DNA of 64,000 bases from Limnochordales bacterium (lineage in GTDB: Bacteria > Bacillota > Limnochordia > Limnochordales > ZCTH02-B6): positions 5,733 to 69,732 of the forward strand of contig DATCLD010000111.1 in the NCBI GenBank assembly GCA_036564115.1, in the 5' to 3' direction. This document shows positions 20,826 to 28,649 of the stretch, in pieces (the stretch's first letter is position 1; the number at the start of each line of letters is the position of its first letter). Below the pieces are notes generated by a model. It was not told where the DNA came from and did no database searches. It worked only from the letters and a program-made list of their open reading frames with translations. The translations under genes were made by a program, and so were the position numbers.

Positions 20826-20999
20826 TCACTTCCGGCGCTTGCGCGCCGCAGCGGCTTTCTTCTTTCGCCTGACGCTGGGCTTGTCGTAGTGTTCCCGCTT
20901 GCGCAGCTCCGACTGGATGCCTTCCTGGCGGGTCATCTTCTTGAACCGGCGCAGGGCCTTGTCCAAGCTCTCGTTGGGACCAACTCTTACTTCGGCCAT
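20826..20999 (-). CDS. rpsU: 30S ribosomal protein S21
   Basis: Not in the ORF track (57 aa). My translation is [57 protein letters not shown]-stop. It is a textbook S21. Confidence 0.95.
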   Translation of the reverse strand: MAEVRVGPNESLDKALRRFKKMTRQEGIQSELRKREHYDKPSVRRKKKAAAARKRRK

Positions 21000-21046
21000 G
21001 ACTCCGGGCTACCCCCTCTCTGGCGCAAGATGTGCACCGCGGGCCC

Positions 21047-21391
21047 TCACGCAAACCGCCCCAGGGGTTTGCCACCTACGAGGTGGAAATGCAGGTGAAA
21101 GACGACCTGCCCACCATCACGGCCACAGTTGGTCAGCACGCGATAGCCCGTCTCCCTGATGCCCAGCTGCTCGGCCAGCTGCTGCGCCACCCGCAGCATG
21201 TGCCCGGCCAGCTCCGTGTCGCCGGGTGTGAGATCGGCCAGGGATGCGATGTGCTTCCTCGGGATAATCAACACATGAACCGGGGCTTGGGGGTTGATGT
21301 CGCGAAACGCGATCACGCGGTCGTCTTCATAAACTCGGTCGCTGGGCAGTTCTCCCCGCTCGATCCGGCAGAAGACGCAGGATTCCGTCAC
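21047..21391 (-). CDS. Histidine triad (HIT) family nucleotide hydrolase
   Basis: C-terminal 114 codons of listed ORF 21047..21874. GTG 21391 is preceded by GGGGGTGGAG. VTESCVFCRIERGELPSDRVYEDDRVIAFRDINPQAPVHVLIIPRKHI...VFHLHFHLVGG carries the HxHxHxx motif. Confidence 0.9.
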   Translation of the reverse strand: MTESCVFCRIERGELPSDRVYEDDRVIAFRDINPQAPVHVLIIPRKHIASLADLTPGDTELAGHMLRVAQQLAEQLGIRETGYRVLTNCGRDGGQVVFHLHFHLVGGKPLGRFA

Positions 21392-21459
21392 CCGCGCTCC
21401 ACCCCCTTCCCGCAGGTCTTTACCGTAATGGTTCGACGAATCCGGGTCCCTTCCTGCCA

Positions 21460-22614
21460 TCACTCGCGCCGGGTTTCCGCGGGCACCAGCCCCAGCCGCC
21501 GAGCCATAATCTCCTTTTGAATCTCCGAGGTGCCGCCGCCGATGGTGTAGACGCGGGCGTCGCGGTAGTACCGCTCCACGGGGTAATCGGTCACGTAGCC
21601 GTACCCGCCGTGGATTTGCACCGCCTGGGCCGTCACCCGGTTGACCATCTCTGACGCCACCCACTTGGCTAGGGAAGCCGCCAGCACCGGATCTCCATCG
21701 GCATAGGCCGCGCACGCTTGGTAGAGCAGGAGGCGCGCCTGCTCCACCTGCGCGTACATCTCCACCAACTGGTGCCGGATCGCCTGGAAACCCGCGATGG
21801 GCCGGCCGAACTGCCGCCGGGCCAAGGCGTAGTCCCGGGCCGCCTCGTAGGCCGCCTCGCCGATCCCGACGCATTGGGCGGCGAGGAACACCCGCTCCAG
21901 GTTGAAATCCTCCATAACGTAATAGAAGCCCCGATTCTCTTCTCCCAGCAACTGCTCCTCGGCGACGCGGCAGCCCTCAAACAGAAGCTCCCCGGTTTCA
22001 GACGTATGCCAGCCCATCTTGTCCAGCTTCCGAGCGACGGAGAAACCGGGCGTGCCTTTGTCGACGAGGAAGAGAGAAATGCCCCGGTGCCCCGCCGCCG
22101 GCAGCGTCCGGGCAGCCAGCACCACGAAATCCGCTACGGGGCCGTTGGTGATAAACGTCTTCCGGCCGTCAATCACGTATGACTGGCCGTCGCGCACGGC
22201 CCGGGTTTGGATCGAGGCGAAATCGGACCCCGCATCCGGCTCGGTCATGCCGATGGCGCCGATGATCTCGCCGCGCACGCCGGCCGGCAGGTAGCGCCGT
22301 TTTTGTTCTTCGGTACCGTGGTGCAAGATGGGGTAAAGGGCGAGCACCTGCACGAGAAGCGTCACGCCGATGCCGGCGTCGACTTTGGAGATCTCCTGGA
22401 TGGCAAGCGCCTGGGACAAAAGGTCCCCGCCCGCCCCGCCGTACTCTGGCGGGAACATGATCCCGATCAGGCCCTGTTCCCCCATGCGGCGCATAATGCC
22501 AGGCGGCAGGGCCCGTCGCCGCTGGTACTCGTCCGCGATGGGGGCGATTTCGCTCCTGGCAAATTCACGCGCCATATCCCGGATCGCCTGCTGGTCCGCA
22601 GTCAACCGCATCAT
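21460..22614 (-). CDS. Acyl-CoA dehydrogenase
   Basis: 384 aa. It contains [18 protein letters not shown], the C-terminal catalytic region QIHGGYGY and IGGGTSEIQ. Its start overlaps the TetR stop (ATGA). Confidence 0.92.
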   Translation of the reverse strand: MMRLTADQQAIRDMAREFARSEIAPIADEYQRRRALPPGIMRRMGEQGLIGIMFPPEYGGAGGDLLSQALAIQEISKVDAGIGVTLLVQVLALYPILHHGTEEQKRRYLPAGVRGEIIGAIGMTEPDAGSDFASIQTRAVRDGQSYVIDGRKTFITNGPVADFVVLAARTLPAAGHRGISLFLVDKGTPGFSVARKLDKMGWHTSETGELLFEGCRVAEEQLLGEENRGFYYVMEDFNLERVFLAAQCVGIGEAAYEAARDYALARRQFGRPIAGFQAIRHQLVEMYAQVEQARLLLYQACAAYADGDPVLAASLAKWVASEMVNRVTAQAVQIHGGYGYVTDYPVERYYRDARVYTIGGGTSEIQKEIMARRLGLVPAETRRE

Positions 22615-23216
22615 GCCCGCTCCTCCCTTGCCCGGCCCTCCAGTCCGCGCAGCAGGATATTCGCAAACGTTTCTGCCAGTTCGTCGGGCCGCTTTTCCCC
22701 CGTGTCCCGGTACCAGTGGTAAGGCCAGTTCATGACGGCCAGGACGGCAAAACCCGCCAGCTTCGGCGACTCCAGCGCGAACACTCCCGCGTCCGCGCCT
22801 TCCGCTAGGAGGCGGCGGATAGCGCCCTCGTACTCGTCCCGGAGGGCCACGATGTCGCGCTGGCGCTCGGGCGATAAGGACTTGAGCTCATGAAGCAGCA
22901 CCGCCACCGCATCCGTTCGCGCCGAGAGGACCTGGAGATGTGTGGCCACGGCCCTGCGCAGCTTTTCCCTAGGGTCCAGTGGCGCCGCCAGCACCGGCGC
23001 GAGGGCGTCGATGAAGGCGCACATGGCATCCCGCATGACGCGATAGAGCAAATCTTCTTTGGTGCGGATGTAGTAGTAGAAGCTGCCCCGGTTCATGCCG
23101 ACGGCCTCGGCCAGATCCTGCATGGACGTGGCGTGGTAGCCCTTTTCCCGAAACAGCCGCGCGGCGACGGCCAAGATTTCCCGTTCCCGTACCGCCGCAT
23201 TGCCCATGCCGCTCAC
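22611..23216 (-). CDS. TetR/AcrR-family transcriptional regulator (probable FadR/PaaR-type repressor of the downstream acyl-CoA dehydrogenase)
   Basis: 201 aa. The N-terminal HTH is [46 protein letters not shown]. It is translationally coupled to the ACAD gene. The alternative start is ATG 23207. Confidence 0.9.
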   Translation of the reverse strand: MSGMGNAAVREREILAVAARLFREKGYHATSMQDLAEAVGMNRGSFYYYIRTKEDLLYRVMRDAMCAFIDALAPVLAAPLDPREKLRRAVATHLQVLSARTDAVAVLLHELKSLSPERQRDIVALRDEYEGAIRRLLAEGADAGVFALESPKLAGFAVLAVMNWPYHWYRDTGEKRPDELAETFANILLRGLEGRAREERA

Positions 23217-23241
23217 CGCTCCGTTCCGCCGCAGGCTCTCG

Positions 23242-23312
23242 CTAATTCTTTCAAACGTTTGTTGTAAGCTCCTGCTACTAATTCATTCAAACGTTTGTTG
23301 CAAGCTCCTGCT
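23242..23312 (-). promoter_or_regulatory. Two tandem 35-bp repeats, each with a perfect CAAACGTTTG palindrome: candidate duplicated TetR operator/promoter
   Basis: Repeat 1 at 23242..23276 is ctaattctttcaaacgtttgttgtaagctcctgct. Repeat 2 at 23278..23312 is ctaattcattcaaacgtttgttgcaagctcctgct. The period is 36 bp. The palindromes are at 23252..23261 and 23288..23297. On the coding strand each palindrome abuts a TTACAA or TTGCAA -35-like hexamer. The region is an AT-rich island immediately upstream of the TetR gene. Confidence 0.6.
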
Positions 23313-23364
23313 TTGGATGAGAAGCCGCATACCGGAGCGCGACCGGATCGAGGCGAAGGATAAG

Positions 23365-23412
23365 AATGGCCTTGTGAGCTTGAATGGCCTTATGAGCTTG
23401 CATGGCCTTACG
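23365..23412. repeat. 18-bp tandem repeat, about 2.7 copies (AATGGCCTTRTGAGCTTG)
   Basis: Copy 1 at 23365..23382 is aatggccttgtgagcttg. Copy 2 at 23383..23400 is aatggccttatgagcttg. A degenerate partial copy follows at 23401..23412 (catggccttacg). It lies directly downstream of the phosphoesterase stop. Confidence 0.85.
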
Positions 23413-23414
23413 GG

Positions 23415-24122
23415 CTAGGACGCAATGGTCTCGATCAAGACGGGCCGGAAATCGATGGCGTCACAGGCCACCAGGTGATAGCGGATGCCGCCCACCAGGC
23501 CCACCAGCGCCTGGCGGCGCGCCGGGCCGTGCAGGTGCCCGTAGACGCAGTGGACGACGGGATAAGCCTCCAGGAGGCGAGTGAAGCCGGATGGCTCGTG
23601 GCGTTCGTTGGTGGGCGGGTAGTGGAGCATGACGATGAGGCGCTCGGCACCGGCCTGCATGGCGCTTTTCAGGGAGAGCTCCAGGCGCTGGAGCTCCCGG
23701 AGATAGATCTTCGTGTCCTCGCCGGGCTGAAAGGCGTGGCTGCCCGGCACGGTCCAGCCGCGGGTGCCGCAGACGGCCCACCCGGCGCCGAGGAGCAGGT
23801 GGTCATTTTGCAGTGCGGTCACGTTGGGCGGCAATGCCCGCCGCACTTTGCTGATGCTGCTCCACCAGTAGTCGTGATTGCCGCGGATGAGAACGATGCG
23901 GCCCGGCAGGTCGGCCAGGTAGGCGAAATCGGCGCTGGCCTGCTCGAGGGTCATCGCCCAAGACAGGTCCCCCGGCATCAGCACCAGATCCTGCGCCCCG
24001 ACCACTTCCAGCCAGGCGCGGCGGATCTTTTGCGGGTGATCCGTCCATCCGGCGCCGAAGACGTCCATGGGCTTGTCCTGCCCACCGGGAAGGTGCAGAT
24101 CGCCGATGGCAAATATCCTCAC
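23415..24122 (-). CDS. Metallophosphoesterase (calcineurin-like phosphoesterase family)
   Basis: Listed ORF 23415..24140. GTG 24122 is preceded by GGAGGGG with a 4-5 nt spacer. VRIFAIGDLHL..., MPGDLSW, IRGNHDYWW, MLHYPP and YGHLHG are the standard metallophosphatase motifs. Confidence 0.85.
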   Translation of the reverse strand: MRIFAIGDLHLPGGQDKPMDVFGAGWTDHPQKIRRAWLEVVGAQDLVLMPGDLSWAMTLEQASADFAYLADLPGRIVLIRGNHDYWWSSISKVRRALPPNVTALQNDHLLLGAGWAVCGTRGWTVPGSHAFQPGEDTKIYLRELQRLELSLKSAMQAGAERLIVMLHYPPTNERHEPSGFTRLLEAYPVVHCVYGHLHGPARRQALVGLVGGIRYHLVACDAIDFRPVLIETIAS

Positions 24123-24218
24123 GAAAGCCCCTCCGGTCACACGAACCCGCCCGGGACCAGGCCGGATGGCTTACCTCGGGAATGAGCGCTGGCCGGCGCT
24201 GCGCACCGGCGGTGAACG

Positions 24219-24440
24219 TCAGGAGGAGGCCGCGCCGTCCTTCGGGACGTTTTGGCGCTCGGCGGTCGAGGAGGCGGAGGCCGCTTTGGCGTCGTCCTCG
24301 TCCAAGGCGCTAGTGGCCTTCTTAAACTCGCGAATCCCTTTGCCGATGGCTTTGCCCACCTCGGGCAGCTTGCCCGGCCCGAAGATGATCAACGCTAGGA
24401 CCAGGATGATAACCAGCTCCGTCGCGCCGATCCCGAACAT
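24219..24440 (-). CDS. tatA: Twin-arginine translocase subunit TatA/E
   Basis: Listed ORF 24219..24500. The real start is ATG 24440: [42 protein letters not shown]. This is the canonical TatA, 73 aa. No tatC is in the window. Confidence 0.92.
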   Translation of the reverse strand: MFGIGATELVIILVLALIIFGPGKLPEVGKAIGKGIREFKKATSALDEDDAKAASASSTAERQNVPKDGAASS

Positions 24441-24519
24441 GCCAACGCGCCCCCTTTGCCAGGTGGGTGTGCAGCCCAGGTCTTTCTCAGTATAGCGCAC
24501 TGCCTGACAAAGGTAAAGC

Positions 24520-24554
24520 GGCGCGCCCCGGAGCCCTTGTCCACGGGGCGCGCC
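24520..24554 (-). terminator. Intrinsic terminator downstream of the repeat-protein gene
   Basis: An 11-bp GC stem pairs GGCGCGCCCCG (24520..24530) with CGGGGCGCGCC (24544..24554) around a 13-nt loop. On the minus strand it is followed by CTTTACCTTTGT. Confidence 0.65.
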
Positions 24555-24626
24555 ACCGCCGGCCAGCGTGTTCGTCAGTTTCCTTGCCGCTCGTCCGTGG
24601 GTGCAGCGCTAGCAGAAGTGATGATG

Positions 24627-24842
24627 TTACACGGCGATAGTGCGGAGGAACACCGGGCGCACTGCGATTCTCCGCACGAACACCGGCTGCACCGCGATGG
24701 TCCGCAGGAGCACCGGGCGCACTGCGATTCTCCGCACGAACACCGGCTGCACCGCGATGGTCCGCAGGAAGACGGGCCGTACGAAGCTCGGGCAGACGGA
24801 GATGGTCCGGACCGCCACCGTACGCAAGCCGTTGCAGGACAT
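24627..24842 (-). CDS. Unlisted 71-aa, highly basic pentad/decapeptide-repeat protein of unknown function
   Basis: ATG 24842 is preceded by AAGAAGGAGGTG with a 5-nt spacer. The protein is MSCNGLRTVAVRTISVCPSFVRPVFLRTIAVQPVFVRRIAVRPVLLRTIAVQPVFVRRIAVRPVFLRTIAV, ending in TAA at 24629..24627. About 90% of third codon positions are G/C. It has 12 Arg and no acidic residue. A perfect 59-bp DNA duplication (24651..24709 = 24711..24769) underlies the repeats. A terminator follows. It is the distal part of listed ORF 24627..25127. Confidence 0.7.
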   Translation of the reverse strand: MSCNGLRTVAVRTISVCPSFVRPVFLRTIAVQPVFVRRIAVRPVLLRTIAVQPVFVRRIAVRPVFLRTIAV

Positions 24843-25098
24843 GGTCGGCACCTCCTTCTTTTTGGCTTCGCTGCTACGGTATGTGGGCCCGTCCGTCCCC
24901 GCTCTAGGAATCGTTTCGCATTTGTAACCGGACCAGCCCGGGGCCGGTTGCCACGCCTGCCGGACACGGTGGCCGCAAAACCTACCCTGGACCATCCATT
25001 CATTCCCATTGTACGTGAGGCAGGGGTTTACCGCTCGCGTCCAGGAGTCCTTGACCACCGCAGAAACTGATTGACTGCTGAGGAGGAATCCACCGCTC

Positions 25099-27219
25099 GT
25101 GAAGTCAGTTCCCAGTGCTGCCACCACTCGCCGGCGCCGGTGGTTTCATTCCACCGTCTGGCTGATGCTTGCCGCCCTGGTAACCGGCTGCTTCGGTTCG
25201 CCCTTGGGCGGCGATCCCGGCGGGGGTACCGCCACCTTTTCCCTGCAGGGCACCGTCGTTGCCAGCGGCCCCGACGGGACGCCGGTCCCCGGCGCTGTTG
25301 TGCGGCTCGGCGACAAGGAAACGACCACCGGCCAAGATGGCACTTTCGCTTTCCAGGACCTGCCGGTCCAGGGAGGGACGATGGAAATCGTCGTCTCGGC
25401 TCCCGGCTATGAGCCCACAACCGTGGCCATCCACCCCTCCTCCGGGAGCAATCTCGTGGTCACCATCGTCCTGACTCCCAGCGCCGGTGACGGCGGGGTT
25501 GGGGGCGACGGTGGCCAGGGCGGTGATGGCGGCTCTGGCCACAGTGGAGGCGATGGCGGTGATGGGGGCAACGGCGGCGGTGTCGGCGATCCAGGCGACG
25601 GCGGGGGCGGCGGGCCCGAGCCCGAACCTGAACCTGAACCGGAACCGGATTACCGCGGGACCGTTGAGGCCAGCGTCCGCCTGGTCAACGCCGGGAGCGC
25701 CAAAGTCGCCGCAGCGGCCGCGCCCCAAGAGCTTTTGTCCAGCCTCCCGCGCCGGCCGGTGACCCGTACGACGGCCGACGCGGTGCCCGGCGAATGGATT
25801 GTGCAGCTCGACAGCGACTACCCGGTGCACGCTATCAATACCATGTGGGGCGACGCGGGCGTGCGTGTCATCGAGCAATTGGCCGACAACTTCTACCTCG
25901 TGGCCGCAGAAGACGGCACCGCGTCCTCGGAGACGGAGCTGCGCCTCGCCCAGTTGCCCAACGTGGTTTCCGTTGAGCCCAACAAGCGGGTCCAGCCGGT
26001 CGCGGTACCGTATCCGCCGAATGACACGTACTTCGACCGCCAGTGGAGCTTGCCGCTGGTGAGCATCCCGTACGCGTGGAACGTCACGACCGGCAGCCGC
26101 AACGTCGTGGTGGCCGTGCTGGACACGGGGATCTTGCCCAACCACCCCGACCTGCAAGGCGTGACCATCGTCAGCGGGCGCAATTTCGCCAGTGACCAAT
26201 CGGCCACCAACTACACCGACGACGCCACTTCCTTGAGCCACGGCACGATGGTGGCCGGCATCATCGGTGCCATGACCAACAACGGGCAAGGAATCGCGGG
26301 CATCAACTGGTCCGTGTCCATTATGCCTGTACGGGTCATGAGCTCCCAGTCCGGCGGGACCGTGGCTGCCGTCGGGCAAGGGATCCGTTGGGCGGCGGAC
26401 AACGGCGCCCACGTCATCAATATGAGCCTGGCCTGGGACGCGACGTACAACGACACCTTCGTCAACCAGCAGATCGAGTACGCGGTCAGCAAAGGTGTCG
26501 TGCTCGTGGCGGGCGCCGGCAATGACAGCGGGCGGGTGACCATGCCCGCCGCCCACCCGGACGTCATCGCCGTCGGGGCGGTGGACCGCAACAAGCGGAT
26601 AACGTGGTATTCCAACTACGGGCCGCAGCTGGACCTGGTCGCGCCGGGCGGCGACACCCGCACCAGCCAGGCCAACGGCATCCTGAGCACGGACATCGTC
26701 AGCAGGCGCCTGAGCTACTCCTACCAGCAGGGTACTTCGTTCGCCGCTCCCCACGTGACAGGCATCGTGGCCCTGATGTATAGTGCGGGTATCACAGACG
26801 CCGACGAGATCCGGGAGCTCCTGTACAATACCGCCGAGGACCTGGGCGCACCCGGCTTCGACAACTACTACGGCTACGGCCTCGTGAACGCTTACGCCGC
26901 CGTTACCCGATCGGACCCGGTCAAAGCCCGGGTGGGTGTGGCCAGTGCGGACGGCACCCGGATCTGGGGTCCCGTGAACCCGGTGCGCTTGGGCGAGCGG
27001 TCCGTGGCACGAGTCGAGGGCGTCGCACCCGGCCCGCAGACGGTGTTCGCTTGGATCGACGCCGTTCCCGACGGCGTCCTGGGCGAAGGCGACTTCGCCG
27101 GCACGGCCGAGGTGCAGGTGCCGAAGGACGGCCCCGTCTCCGCCGACCTGGTCCTGGCCATCTGGGAGACGCTCCCCGCTCAGGAGCGGGCGCGGCTCGC
27201 CGCCTGGGCCAACCGCTGA
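25099..27219 (+). CDS. Subtilisin-like (S8) serine protease, probable Tat-exported lipoprotein with N-terminal CarboxypepD_reg-like domain
   Basis: 706 aa. GTG start with GAGGAGGAA about 10 nt upstream. The N-terminus MKSVPSAATTRRRRWFHSTVWLMLAALVTGC has an RR motif plus the lipobox LVTGC. The domains in order are a beta-sandwich segment (TFSLQGTVVASGPDGTPVPGAVVRLGDKETTTGQDGTFAFQDL), a Gly/Asp-rich linker and (PE)n, an I9-like propeptide, and the catalytic domain. The catalytic triad contexts are VAVLDTGI, HGTMVAGIIGA and GTSFAAPHVTGIVALM. Confidence 0.9.
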   Translation: MKSVPSAATTRRRRWFHSTVWLMLAALVTGCFGSPLGGDPGGGTATFSLQGTVVASGPDGTPVPGAVVRLGDKETTTGQDGTFAFQDLPVQGGTMEIVVSAPGYEPTTVAIHPSSGSNLVVTIVLTPSAGDGGVGGDGGQGGDGGSGHSGGDGGDGGNGGGVGDPGDGGGGGPEPEPEPEPEPDYRGTVEASVRLVNAGSAKVAAAAAPQELLSSLPRRPVTRTTADAVPGEWIVQLDSDYPVHAINTMWGDAGVRVIEQLADNFYLVAAEDGTASSETELRLAQLPNVVSVEPNKRVQPVAVPYPPNDTYFDRQWSLPLVSIPYAWNVTTGSRNVVVAVLDTGILPNHPDLQGVTIVSGRNFASDQSATNYTDDATSLSHGTMVAGIIGAMTNNGQGIAGINWSVSIMPVRVMSSQSGGTVAAVGQGIRWAADNGAHVINMSLAWDATYNDTFVNQQIEYAVSKGVVLVAGAGNDSGRVTMPAAHPDVIAVGAVDRNKRITWYSNYGPQLDLVAPGGDTRTSQANGILSTDIVSRRLSYSYQQGTSFAAPHVTGIVALMYSAGITDADEIRELLYNTAEDLGAPGFDNYYGYGLVNAYAAVTRSDPVKARVGVASADGTRIWGPVNPVRLGERSVARVEGVAPGPQTVFAWIDAVPDGVLGEGDFAGTAEVQVPKDGPVSADLVLAIWETLPAQERARLAAWANR

Positions 27220-27232
27220 CGAGCAAAGGGGT

Positions 27233-27793
27233 GTGACCGCATTGACGACGCGAGCAAGCGCGGCTGGCAATACCCGAAACGCCCCCCGCAAGCGACGGGC
27301 AGCCTTGGCCGATGGGCGATGGTTATTGCTTCTGGGAGGGATCGGCGCCTTGATGATCTTCGCCGGGCTGGGCGCGACGGGAACCCCGCCCGCGGGTGCG
27401 GGCGCGGGCCCAGCGACCGGTGCGGCGCCGGCGGTTGCGGTAGGTTTGGCCGTGGAGCCGGTGGATGTGGGCGGACAACGTGCCTACGTCCTGGTGCTTG
27501 GGGTCATGGCTTCAGGCAACGAGGAGGCGATGGTCACCTTCCGCACGGGGCAGGCCTACGACTTTGCGGCGTTCCAGGATGGGCGCGAGGTGTGGCGCTG
27601 GTCGGCCGGCCGGGTGTTTCATCAAGCGGTGACCGAGCGCCGGTTCCGCCCGGGCGAGCTGGTCGTGTTCACGCACGTGTGGGACGGTCGCGACGCTGAG
27701 GGGAACCCCTTGACGGGTCCGCTGGAAATCCGGGCGCTGCTGTCCTCCGACCCGCCCATCGCTGCGGGACCGGTCGTGCTCGAGCTGCCTTAG
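27233..27793 (+). CDS. Membrane-anchored or secreted BsuPI-family (intracellular proteinase inhibitor-like) protein
   Basis: 186 aa, starting 14 nt after the protease stop. It has a basic N-terminus with RKRR and a TM/signal helix (WLLLLGGIGALMIFAGLGA). MVTFRTGQAYDFAAFQDGREVWRWSAGRVFHQAVTERRFRPGELVVFTHVWDG then matches the B. subtilis Ipi pattern F.TGQ.[FY][DE]...G.E.[WY]R[WY]S....F.QA.....PGE...F...W. The start codon is uncertain. Confidence 0.75.
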   Translation: MTALTTRASAAGNTRNAPRKRRAALADGRWLLLLGGIGALMIFAGLGATGTPPAGAGAGPATGAAPAVAVGLAVEPVDVGGQRAYVLVLGVMASGNEEAMVTFRTGQAYDFAAFQDGREVWRWSAGRVFHQAVTERRFRPGELVVFTHVWDGRDAEGNPLTGPLEIRALLSSDPPIAAGPVVLELP

Positions 27794-27833
27794 CTGCCTT
27801 GGGCGGGTCGGCCAAGCTCGGCTCGGCTCCGCC

Positions 27834-28649
27834 TTAGGCCGGTGAACCGGGTGTCGACCCGCCCAGGTCCCCCCATTCGTAAAGGATGATGGTGGCCGCG
27901 ACGAGGCCAGCGGTTTCGGTACGCAGGATCCGCGGGCCGAGGGTGACGATGTGCGCTCCCCGCCCCTCGGCCGCGGCCACCTCCTCAGGCGACAGGCCCC
28001 CCTCGGGCCCGACTAACACCGTTACAGGCCCGGGGGACAGGCCTCCCAGCACCGCCCGCAACCCCCGGCCCCGGGCCTCCTCCCACGGCACGATGACGTG
28101 CCCGAAGTCGTCTTCCTCTCCGCCCCTGGCTGCCAGGAAGGCCGGCAGCGAAACGGGCGAGGCCACCTGGGGGACCCTGCCCCGTTGCGCCTGCTTGGCC
28201 GCCTCATAGGCGATGCGCTGCCAGCGACGCCGGCGGGTCTCGGCCTTTGCCTCGTCCCAGGCTACGACGGTGCGGGCGGTGAAAACGGGCACGATGCGGC
28301 TCGCCCCCGCTTCCACGGCCTTTTGCACCACCAGGTCCATCTTGTCGCCTTTGGGAATGCCCTGGACTATCGTGAGAAACACGGGCGGCTCACCGCGGGA
28401 AGGCTGGCGCGACAGGACCCGGGCCGCCACCCGGGCGGGTTTGACGTGCAACAGTTCCGCTTCGTAATCGGAACCTTGACCGTCGCAGACGACGATCCGG
28501 TCGCCCGGGGCGAGCCGCAATACCCGGGCCATGTGCTCCGCGTCGCTGCCGGTGAGCTCCACGACGGCCCCTGGGTCCAGCGCAGACGGGGTATCGCCGG
28601 CCGCCGGGGACGCGCAGTCAGCGGCACTATCCAGAAAAAAGCGGTGCAT
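27834..28649 (-). CDS. rsmE: 16S rRNA (uracil1498-N3)-methyltransferase RsmE
   Basis: Listed ORF 27834..28751. ATG 28649 (MHRFFLD...) overlaps the prmA stop (TAATG). HMARVLRL and the C-terminal SPOUT knot VLVGPEGGLSPEEV...LGPRILRTETAG are present. Confidence 0.9.
   Translation of the reverse strand: MHRFFLDSAADCASPAAGDTPSALDPGAVVELTGSDAEHMARVLRLAPGDRIVVCDGQGSDYEAELLHVKPARVAARVLSRQPSRGEPPVFLTIVQGIPKGDKMDLVVQKAVEAGASRIVPVFTARTVVAWDEAKAETRRRRWQRIAYEAAKQAQRGRVPQVASPVSLPAFLAARGGEEDDFGHVIVPWEEARGRGLRAVLGGLSPGPVTVLVGPEGGLSPEEVAAAEGRGAHIVTLGPRILRTETAGLVAATIILYEWGDLGGSTPGSPA

Noticed and set aside
24631-24790. Tandem 30/60-bp repeats that might be taken for a CRISPR array or minisatellite
   Set aside because: The repeats are contiguous with no unique spacers, they lie in frame, and no cas genes are in the window. 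They are coding repeats of the small protein.
24870-24905. Sigma-K/sigma-E promoter (CATACCGTA) upstream of the repeat-protein gene
   Set aside because: Only the -10-like element matches. No AC or -35 element lies at the required 16-17 bp spacing. It is mentioned as a hint in the finding but not annotated as a feature.
24456-25070. Plus-strand ORF with His-rich repeats (HRAHCDSPHEHRLHRDGPQE x2) over the same 60-bp tandem repeat
   Set aside because: It has no SD and runs through the divergent promoter region. The opposite strand has a perfect SD, about 90% GC3 and a terminator. I kept the minus-strand 71-aa reading. The His-rich frame is still worth excluding experimentally.
25105-27291. 728-aa minus-strand ORF
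   Set aside because: It is the antisense shadow of the S8 protease gene. It is Gly/Arg/Pro/His-rich with no motifs.
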